Source: Limisphaerales bacterium
GTDB taxonomy: Bacteria > Verrucomicrobiota > Verrucomicrobiia > Limisphaerales > Palsa-1400
Length of the DNA: 64,000 bases
NCBI GenBank assembly: GCA_052139695.1
Contig: JBKQWF010000170.1
Span: 8,602 to 72,601 of the forward strand
Direction: 5' to 3'
The translations under genes and the position numbers were made by a program. A model generated the notes under the pieces. It was not told where the DNA came from. It saw only the letters and a list, made by a program, of their open reading frames with translations, and ran no database searches. Positions 39,251-46,586 of the stretch are shown piece by piece (positions within the stretch are counted from its first letter, which is position 1; each line of letters opens with the position of its first letter).

Positions 39251-40414
39251 CTAGTGGCTCCGCGGCCCGGCGGACGAGAGGACTGAGGCGGAAGCGAAAT
39301 TGGTCGGGCTGACGGTCAGCCCTTCCCGAATTCTCTGCAGGCCTTCGACGACGATGCGTTGCCCCGGTTGCAGGCCATGCTCGATGACCCAGAAGCTGCC
39401 GCTTCGCTCGCCCACGGTCACCGGTTGGATGTGAACTTTGTTTTCCGTGTCCACCAAGGCAACCTGGTAGGCCCCTTGCAACTCCGAAACAGCGCGTTGC
39501 GGCACCAGCAAAGCGCCCCGGTCGGTATCGAATTTTACCCGCACGCGCACGAACTGGCCGGGACGAAGCGCGCTCTCCGGGTTGGGAAAGATCGCTTCCA
39601 ATCGGAGCGCTCCGGTAGTGGGGCCAATCGCCCGGTCCGGCGCGTAAATCTGGCCGGCTTGGGGATAGACGGTGCCGTCGGCCAGGATCAATTGAATCTC
39701 CAAATGCTTGAGGCGTTCCGCGCGCTCATTTTCATTGGCAAACAGTTTGGCGAATCGGATGTAGGCTTGTTCGGTGACATTGTAATAGGCCTTGATCGGG
39801 TCAACGGTAGAGACGGTCGTCAACTCCCCTGTGCCAGGTCCAACCAAGTCGCCGATCTGCCCTTTCGCGATGCTGGCGATGCCGTCGATGGGCGACACGA
39901 TCCTGGTGAAACCAAGATTCAACTGGGCCTGTTCCACTTGGGCCTTGGCCGACAAAACCGCCGCCTTGGCTTCCAAATCTGCTTGCACGGCATCGTCGTA
40001 TTCCTCCTGGCTGATGGCCCTGTCTTTGACGAGTGGAGCATAGCGTTTGACGTCCAGTTCCGTCTTGCCGAGCCGGGCCTCGGCCTGCGCCAGTTGGCCT
40101 TTGGCCTGATCAAGCACGGCTTGGAAGGGACGCGGATCAATCTGAAACAGAAGGTCGCCCTTCTTGATGGCGTCGCCTTCGCGGTAATCTTGCGTCAGCA
40201 AATAGCCGGTGACTTGCGCCCGAATGGTGGCATTGACCAACCCGTCCAGCGTGCCAATCCACTCGTGATAAATCGGCACATCGGCCTGCGTGACGGCGGC
40301 CACCTCGGCGGACGGCGGCGGCGGCGCGGCGGGCGGCTTATGCTTGCAGCCGGCGAAGAAAAACACGGCGACCGCCAGCAGGATGTCTGTCTGACATTTT
40401 CTTGGTAGGTTCAT
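39251..40414 (-). CDS. RND efflux periplasmic adaptor (membrane fusion protein) lipoprotein
   Basis: Lipobox FFFAGC. Lipoyl/hairpin/beta-barrel order with GDLLFQIDPRPFQ, a coiled-coil AQ-rich hairpin, and IVSPIDGIA. Confidence 0.9.
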   Translation of the reverse strand: MNLPRKCQTDILLAVAVFFFAGCKHKPPAAPPPPSAEVAAVTQADVPIYHEWIGTLDGLVNATIRAQVTGYLLTQDYREGDAIKKGDLLFQIDPRPFQAVLDQAKGQLAQAEARLGKTELDVKRYAPLVKDRAISQEEYDDAVQADLEAKAAVLSAKAQVEQAQLNLGFTRIVSPIDGIASIAKGQIGDLVGPGTGELTTVSTVDPIKAYYNVTEQAYIRFAKLFANENERAERLKHLEIQLILADGTVYPQAGQIYAPDRAIGPTTGALRLEAIFPNPESALRPGQFVRVRVKFDTDRGALLVPQRAVSELQGAYQVALVDTENKVHIQPVTVGERSGSFWVIEHGLQPGQRIVVEGLQRIREGLTVSPTNFASASVLSSAGPRSH

Positions 40415-40490
40415 TGAAGTTACCTCGCGCTATTTGGCCGCCTGGGAATGGGCTCCTTTATGATTTGATGTCTGCATATTGTCATTCTGT

Positions 40491-40823
40491 TTAACGAAAT
40501 CCTCCCGCAACGTAGATCGACTCGCCGGTGATCCACCCGGAATCCGGCGAAGCGAGGAAGACGACGACCGGAGCGATGTCCTCCGGCTGGCCGATGCGCC
40601 CCAGAGGCGTGGCTTCAGCAAAAGCCTTGAATCGATCGACCAACCCCGCCGCGTGCGTGCCCTCCGTTTCAACTGGACCTGGATTGACCGAGTTAACGCG
40701 GATTTTTCGTTGGCCGAGTTCTTTCGCGAAGGTGCGAGTCAAGCCGTCCACCGCGGATTTGGGCTTGGAAGCGCCGGTGACGACGGCAACCTTGCCGCTA
40801 AGTTTGTTGGATCGATTGGACAT
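40491..40823 (-). pseudogene. short-chain dehydrogenase/reductase with a large in-frame internal deletion
   Basis: 110 aa. LSGKVAVVTGAS joins directly to K..SAVDGLTRTFAKELGQRKIRVNSVNPGPVETE...PLGRIGQPEDIAPVVVFLASPDSGWITGESIYVAGG. The roughly 140 residues carrying the rest of the Rossmann fold and the catalytic Ser/Tyr are absent. Confidence 0.65.
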
Positions 40824-41382
40824 TTTTGTCTCTTTCTTCCTGATGGTGACCCGACCGAAGAATCAGGCGAAAAGGCATCCGGGCCGTGGCTTTCAACTGC
40901 TTCCAAGAGCGCGAAAGTTCTTCGGACAATTCGGTATCGATCCGGTATTCGCAATCCAAACACAGTATCGCTGGCGTGGAAAACAACGGGCGTTCCGAAT
41001 CATTGGCAATAAACGTTGCTTCAAATTGTTCTTGAGCTTGCGCGCTGGCGGCATCCAGCAGGAACCGCAACCGCAGGCGGCCCTGGCGAACGCTGAGATA
41101 GAGGACGCTTGCCACCGTCTCCCTCTCTTCACCCGCGCGCACAATAAGCGCTGGCACTGGAGGCCCGGGATGAGGTTGCCTGGGTCCCGCCAGGGCGTGA
41201 CCGTAAGAGATTTGAATTTGCGACAGCCGCTCCACCAGCGGCTGGAAGCAGGCGGGCCAGATTTCCCACGAGGGTTGAGCCAATTCCAGCAGGAACGTTG
41301 CCCGCGGCGGCGGTGGCGCTTCCGCCTCGGCCCGCGCGAGACGCCAGCGCAAAAGTTGTTCAATGGTTAGTTTGGGTTTCAT
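40798..41382 (-). CDS. hypothetical protein co-transcribed with the ECF sigma factor (possible cognate regulator)
   Basis: 194-aa ORF overlapping the sigma-factor gene end by 23 nt. No TM segment. One CxxC (CLDCEY). No recognisable family. Confidence 0.45.
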   Translation of the reverse strand: MKPKLTIEQLLRWRLARAEAEAPPPPRATFLLELAQPSWEIWPACFQPLVERLSQIQISYGHALAGPRQPHPGPPVPALIVRAGEERETVASVLYLSVRQGRLRLRFLLDAASAQAQEQFEATFIANDSERPLFSTPAILCLDCEYRIDTELSEELSRSWKQLKATARMPFRLILRSGHHQEERDKNVQSIQQT

Positions 41383-42493
41383 TCTGTTCTTTTCGGTCGG
41401 CAGCGCAGGCCGGTTCTTGCAAATGCTGCTTCATTTCCCGCATGGCCGCGCGCACCCGGGCGCTGATGGTTTGCTCTGTGCGGTTGTAGCGCCGCCCGAT
41501 CTCGGCACAGGATTCCCCGGCAAGCAAACGCGACACGAGGATGTCGCGCATGAGTGGTGTCAAGCGGTTCAGTGCCTCATCAATATCAATTGCCAGGACC
41601 CTCTGTTGCTCTTCGTTTAGAACGCTCAAATCTGGCACCATGTCCGCCAACTTGGTTGTTTCTCCGTCCTCGTTCTCAAAGGTGGCGTCCAGCGACGCCA
41701 TTCGATGCTCCGCCAATGGTCCAGCCCGCCTCGCGGAACGATTTGAATCGCGCCAGATGTTTGTCGCGACAGTCGTCAGAAAGGCCGGAAAATTTCCTCC
41801 AGGCTTAAGGGTGGTGCGCGCTCGCAACACTCGGCGCCAGGCCTCTTGCGCGAGGTCGTTCGCTTTTTGATGGTTGAGCGCCAGCAACTGACACCGCGCA
41901 AAGAGGGGTTTCCAGTAGCGGTTGGCCAGCACGTCCAGGGCCGGCACGTCTGGCGGGTCGCGCCGGACCGCCGCAACCAGCCAGACATCCGGCCAGGCAT
42001 CCTTATTGCGGAGTTGGTCCCACTCAGGCAAGAGCGCGACCGACGGTTCGCGCGCGAGGGCTTCCCCAATCAGCCGGCGCGCCTCGGCCGTTTCACCACA
42101 CTCCAACCCCAGGACAACTGTCGCTCGAAGAGCCTCCAGCCGGACCGGATTTGATTCGCCCTCGGCCTCAGTCTTCAAGGCCTGCAATGCCAGTTCAAAC
42201 GCGTTACGGAAGCATCGTTCAGCCTGGGATTCGTCTCCCTCTCTGCGCGCCTGCGCGCCAGAATAGCCTAAACCAGCCGCATCCCGCATCAGGATGTCAA
42301 AGTCGTATGTTAGCATGTTCCCCCAGCAAAGTACGGAATCCGGCAGCACGCGCGGGCCCATCGGCAGGCGCGTCACAACGGTATCCAACATAAGGGCGAT
42401 GGGAGCCGATGCCGCCATATCAAAAGGAATTCGGACAACCCGCCCAATAAGACAACGATGCATCCACGTTACATCATTACGCTGATCGAGCAA
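41360..42493 (-). CDS. ECF-type sigma-70 factor with an approx 190-aa N-terminal helical extension
   Basis: Region 2: YWKPLFARCQLLALNHQKANDLAQEAWRRVL...FLTTVATNIWRD. Region 4: LTPLMRDILVSRLLAGESCAEIGRRYNRTEQTISARVRAAMREMKQHL. The preceding 190 aa is an Ala/Leu/Glu/Arg-rich, TPR-like helical sequence. A downstream non-ATG start cannot be excluded. Confidence 0.7.
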   Translation of the reverse strand: MLDQRNDVTWMHRCLIGRVVRIPFDMAASAPIALMLDTVVTRLPMGPRVLPDSVLCWGNMLTYDFDILMRDAAGLGYSGAQARREGDESQAERCFRNAFELALQALKTEAEGESNPVRLEALRATVVLGLECGETAEARRLIGEALAREPSVALLPEWDQLRNKDAWPDVWLVAAVRRDPPDVPALDVLANRYWKPLFARCQLLALNHQKANDLAQEAWRRVLRARTTLKPGGNFPAFLTTVATNIWRDSNRSARRAGPLAEHRMASLDATFENEDGETTKLADMVPDLSVLNEEQQRVLAIDIDEALNRLTPLMRDILVSRLLAGESCAEIGRRYNRTEQTISARVRAAMREMKQHLQEPACAADRKEQNETQTNH

Positions 42494-42577
42494 GAGATGA
42501 AAAGCAGTTCAACAGTTCAACCGGTCCCTCGTTCCCCAGGCCAAACCAAGGATAGCAGTGGGGATGTTGAAAACGGG

Positions 42578-43897
42578 CTAGAACTGTTTGAGGAGATGGT
42601 TCAGGTCATCTCCCGTAGCGGGCAGGCTCTGGAGGATGGACCCAAAATAAGGACGTGCCCAGGAAGGAAATGAGCGAGGCGGATGCCCTTGGTCTTCCGC
42701 TCCAAAGATGGAAGCGAAATGGCGTCGCGCCCAGGACGAAAAGGTGTGCGATCGTTCCGTGAGATCATCCAATCCCAGCAGTCGCTTCCATTCCTCGCCG
42801 TGGACGCGGTCGTAGATCTGGAGCGCCTCCATGCCGGCTTCGCGGCGCAAGATGGATTTGATCCTGTCGGCCAGGTCTGCTCCCTCAAGCAGACCGCGGT
42901 TCATGCTTTGCATGCCGGCGGGGCTGGTTTGATGGGCGGAATCGCCCGCCAGCCAGCAACGTCCCTGGCCAAATTTCGACGCCATTTGGCGCTCAAATTG
43001 AACGTACGCAATCCAGTTCATCTCACGGAAGCTCCTGGCTGGAAACCAAGGGGCTCGCTTCGCCAGGAAATCGCCTAGGTCATCCGTGCTGTCCAAGGCC
43101 CTGCGCTCCCGGATGCTGATGAGGGGCTCGCGGTCTTTTCGCGGGTATCTGGATTGCGCTCTGGGCGGAACGATTTGAAAACTCCAGCGACACTTGTTTT
43201 CGGCCACCGGCCAGAGGGCGCTGATCCCGGATTTGTTGAGAACCAATTTCATGACGTGGTCCACCGGTTCGACCGTTTCCAGTTCATAAACGGCGAAGAG
43301 TTGGGGCGCGCCCATCGGAACGGCGCGAATATCCATTTGCTGGCGAACTGCCGAATGATGGCCGTCAGCGCCGATCACGAAATCAGCCTCGAGGGTGATG
43401 CGTTCCCCGACGGCGTTGGCAAACATGGGGAGGCTGTAATCGCGTTCGAATAACTCCAGATTCTCGATCCAGGCCTCCAGGCCGTTGTCGCGCGGCTTGA
43501 TTTTGAGCAGCCGACGGTTCCACTCGATTTTGCAGCCGGCTTTGCGAAGCCGTTGTTCGAGCAAATTCTCCAGCATGGATTGGTCCAGGACCACGATGCA
43601 AGGGTAGCGGCCCGGAAGGCGGGAAAAGTCGAGCTCGGCGCGGCGTTCATGGCCTGCAAAGATGCTTGCCATTTTCACGCGGCGGCCCAGTTGCGTGACC
43701 TCGTCCGCCAGATCGACGCGTTCCAGAAGGTCGAGACTGGCCGAATGCAGGACGCAAGCGTAACTGTGGGCGGCGGTGCGCGATTCCTGGTCTATGATGC
43801 GGGTCGGCACGCCGTGCCGGGTCAATAGAAGCGCGGTCAACATGCCGACCGGGCCGGCCCCAACCACCAAGACTTCGGTTTTAGGGATGTTTGGCAT
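42578..43897 (-). CDS. FAD-dependent monooxygenase (UbiH/PheA-type, FAD_binding_3) with a C-terminal repeat-containing extension
   Basis: VLVVGAGPVGMLTALLLTRHGV dinucleotide fold, GADGHHSAVR, AGDSAHQTSPAGMQSMNRGLLE. Confidence 0.85.
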   Translation of the reverse strand: MPNIPKTEVLVVGAGPVGMLTALLLTRHGVPTRIIDQESRTAAHSYACVLHSASLDLLERVDLADEVTQLGRRVKMASIFAGHERRAELDFSRLPGRYPCIVVLDQSMLENLLEQRLRKAGCKIEWNRRLLKIKPRDNGLEAWIENLELFERDYSLPMFANAVGERITLEADFVIGADGHHSAVRQQMDIRAVPMGAPQLFAVYELETVEPVDHVMKLVLNKSGISALWPVAENKCRWSFQIVPPRAQSRYPRKDREPLISIRERRALDSTDDLGDFLAKRAPWFPARSFREMNWIAYVQFERQMASKFGQGRCWLAGDSAHQTSPAGMQSMNRGLLEGADLADRIKSILRREAGMEALQIYDRVHGEEWKRLLGLDDLTERSHTFSSWARRHFASIFGAEDQGHPPRSFPSWARPYFGSILQSLPATGDDLNHLLKQF

Positions 43898-44220
43898 ACA
43901 AGAGCAACACCTAAAGCCTGTTCAAAAACCTTCGGTAGGTTTCACATCTTGACGCATTCTTGTTTTCATGGGCGCGCATGGAAACAATGGAACGTTCTCC
44001 AAGACCGCGATGGTTCGCAACGGCAAAATTGCCCGCCTCCCGCTGGCCACCTGCGCCTCCAAAACGGCGAGATGGCCCTGGACCTCCTCTCCTGGCTCAA
44101 GCAGCTCCCGGAAATCCAGGCCAAGAAAAACAGGACCGCATCCGTCGAATGCTTGGCATCGGTGAGGAGTACGGCCCCGGCGCCGCCCCGGAAAGCCTGC
44201 TTCCACCGAAACCCGAACCC

Positions 44221-44250
44221 AATTGAACTAAATTGAACCAAATTGAGCCT
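44221..44250 (+). repeat. three tandem 10-bp repeats AATTGA(A/G)C(T/C)(A/T)
   Basis: aattgaacta / aattgaacca / aattgagcct, exactly one helical turn apart, 180 nt upstream of the 44430 start codon. Confidence 0.7.
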
Positions 44251-44429
44251 CCGCTACCCCCTGGGGGGGGCCGCCGCGCCCCGCCGCGATGCCCTTGCTC
44301 TCTCTTTTCCCAATTTTGTCCCGCGTCCCGCGCGGAAATCGCGCTTGACAAAGCGGGTCTCGCCTGACAGCCTCACCCCACATCCCGTAAAGTAATTGTC
44401 CATAGTCACACATAACCGTTGGCAACTTT

Positions 44430-46571
44430 ATGAAGAACTCATCGTTCCTGCTTGGTCAATCCACAAAACAAAGATCCTTGGCGCCGCAAGGTGGCCGACC
44501 GGCTAGGCTGACTCGTTTCAGCGTCCTCCTGGGACTGGCTCTGGCTTCCATGGCCGGTTTGCATGCCCAAACCGGGCCGTTCAGTCCGAGCGACTGGCCG
44601 GCCTCCATCGACACCAACTCGATCGTGGACTATTGCGTGCTCGACCCGAACGCAACTTTTAACGCCCCGCCCGGCTGGAACAACGTTTTGTCCCTGGCCG
44701 GCGGCGGCGACCAAACGTTCACTGGGATTACACTCGACGGCCTCTTTGGCGACCAAACGACCGCCACGTATCTCAACATAGCGGACCCCAATGATGCGAA
44801 CTTTGCCAATATTCCTGTCATTGATATTTTGCTGCAGGTGTACGGAAACGGGTTTCTCTACACGAGCTCTGGCAGTGGAGTGGGTGTCAGCTTTCTCGAG
44901 GGCCAAGTTGGGTATTTGACCGGCGCCAGCGCCGGGACCTTCCCGCCGGGCGAGGACAACAGCCAATGGAATTGGGTTTTGTTCGAGATCACCAACTCCA
45001 TCGACGCCGCCACTGGCTTTCGCTACGTCGGCGACACTTCGTATTCAGTAACGGCCGGCGGGCAGTTCGGCGGGGTCAATGGCGGGACGCTCCGCTGGCA
45101 GGGCGTCGGTCCCGGAGTAGCCATTCGCGCGGCCGCCTTCGGGCCGCAAGGGGCCTTCGGGACCACCAACCAGATCAACGTCTTTGCCTCTGGTTCGGTC
45201 TGCGCGCCGGAGCCGCCGGTCAATTTGACCTATGTTGATTTCAACCAGAAGATTACGAATTACCTCACAGTCGTCAATGACAGCAGCCTCGGTGAAACCT
45301 ATAGCCTGCAAAGCGGCGTGGGGCCTCCGGGCGACCTCCGCACCGCCATTCAGTCCACCAGCGGGCTGATGAATTTTGCCATTCTGAGCAATTATTTGGG
45401 GCTGCCTTGCAACACACCGCGCACCATGGAGGTGGGCATTGAGTTTTATGATGATCCGGCGCTGGCCGGGACAACTTTTGGCCCCTCCCAGTACGCCACT
45501 GACGCTCAGGGAGACCTGGCCGCTTTTAACGGCACTGTTTATACCATGACGGGAAGCGGGCTCTGGTTGAAAGTGGCTTTCTTCATCCCGAGCGTGGATC
45601 TGGAAGGGGTGGGCACGGCGCCACTGACCGGCGGCCCGACCCTGGCCATTAACGGGACCGCTCCCTATATGGACCGGGTGGAGATCGGGGTTGTTCGGGC
45701 GGGAACGAACGCCCTCGCCGGGCTGACGCCCGACCCGGACTATTATATGAACCCGCTGATCTGCGAAACCAATTACGGCTACTACGCCGAGTGGGACCCG
45801 CACGATGGCGTGACCAACAACCTGGATGTCGGCAGTTCCGGAGGCGACCAGAACATGGTGGTGCAGATGGCGGGCCCGAGCGACGACCAGCGTCTGGCGG
45901 AAGCTCCGGCGCCAGGCTCCGGCAATAACAACATCCAGTTTGCGCTGCAGAACAATGTCTTTGGCCCCAGCCTGCAGGATAATGCCCGTGTGTCTATGTT
46001 GCTGACCTATTACGATGATCCGGCCCTGGTTGGCGCCACGCTCGGTCCCAATGCCTACCAAACTTTCATCGGCACCGGGATTTCAAGCATCGTGGGCGCT
46101 CCCGCTCCGCCGTACAATGTGGTCGTCACCCTGGCGGGAACCGGCCAGTGGAAGGACGCCTACTTCGAGTTGCCCAACGTGAATTTCATGGGAGTCAACC
46201 AAGGGCCGCAGGCGGTGTGCCGCTTCGAAACGGGCCGTCCGCCGGGCACGAGCACGCCTGCCGTGATTTATGTCTCGCGGATTCGCTATGACGTCATCCG
46301 CCCGTGCGGCCCTTTCGAGGGCATTAACATGCTGCAATCGATGAGCATCACCAACACGAGCACAAACCTGAATGTCAATTGGTTCGGAACCGCCACGCTG
46401 CAATCGGCTCCGGCCCTGACCGGTCCTTTCAACAACGCCGTTTCCGTGACGAACACCTTGACCAACAGTTACGCGCCGACGGCGACCAATAATGCCCAAT
46501 TGTTCCGGCTGCTCTATCCCGCCTATCCTTCGTATCTGAGCTCAAATCCCATTTTCAGCACGACCCCATAA
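44430..46571 (+). CDS. secreted protein of unknown function with three internal beta-rich modules and an FYR-like C-terminal module
   Basis: Signal peptide (FSVLLGLALASMAGLHA). Repeated module hallmark (I/L)..Y(Y)DDPAL.G.T.GP..Y at about 45441-45480 and 46003-46050. Tail NLNVNWFGTATLQS...LFRLLYP. Confidence 0.7.
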   Translation: MKNSSFLLGQSTKQRSLAPQGGRPARLTRFSVLLGLALASMAGLHAQTGPFSPSDWPASIDTNSIVDYCVLDPNATFNAPPGWNNVLSLAGGGDQTFTGITLDGLFGDQTTATYLNIADPNDANFANIPVIDILLQVYGNGFLYTSSGSGVGVSFLEGQVGYLTGASAGTFPPGEDNSQWNWVLFEITNSIDAATGFRYVGDTSYSVTAGGQFGGVNGGTLRWQGVGPGVAIRAAAFGPQGAFGTTNQINVFASGSVCAPEPPVNLTYVDFNQKITNYLTVVNDSSLGETYSLQSGVGPPGDLRTAIQSTSGLMNFAILSNYLGLPCNTPRTMEVGIEFYDDPALAGTTFGPSQYATDAQGDLAAFNGTVYTMTGSGLWLKVAFFIPSVDLEGVGTAPLTGGPTLAINGTAPYMDRVEIGVVRAGTNALAGLTPDPDYYMNPLICETNYGYYAEWDPHDGVTNNLDVGSSGGDQNMVVQMAGPSDDQRLAEAPAPGSGNNNIQFALQNNVFGPSLQDNARVSMLLTYYDDPALVGATLGPNAYQTFIGTGISSIVGAPAPPYNVVVTLAGTGQWKDAYFELPNVNFMGVNQGPQAVCRFETGRPPGTSTPAVIYVSRIRYDVIRPCGPFEGINMLQSMSITNTSTNLNVNWFGTATLQSAPALTGPFNNAVSVTNTLTNSYAPTATNNAQLFRLLYPAYPSYLSSNPIFSTTP

Positions 46572-46586
46572 ATCTCATAAGGGTGC

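Noticed and set aside
43949-44236. Several mutually overlapping 60-95-aa ORFs on both strands in the 530-nt spacer upstream of the 44430 gene.
   Set aside because: All frames are open simultaneously, which is a GC-rich artefact. The translations are Pro/Arg/Gly-rich. There is no RBS or family signature. I treat the region as non-coding, possibly regulatory.
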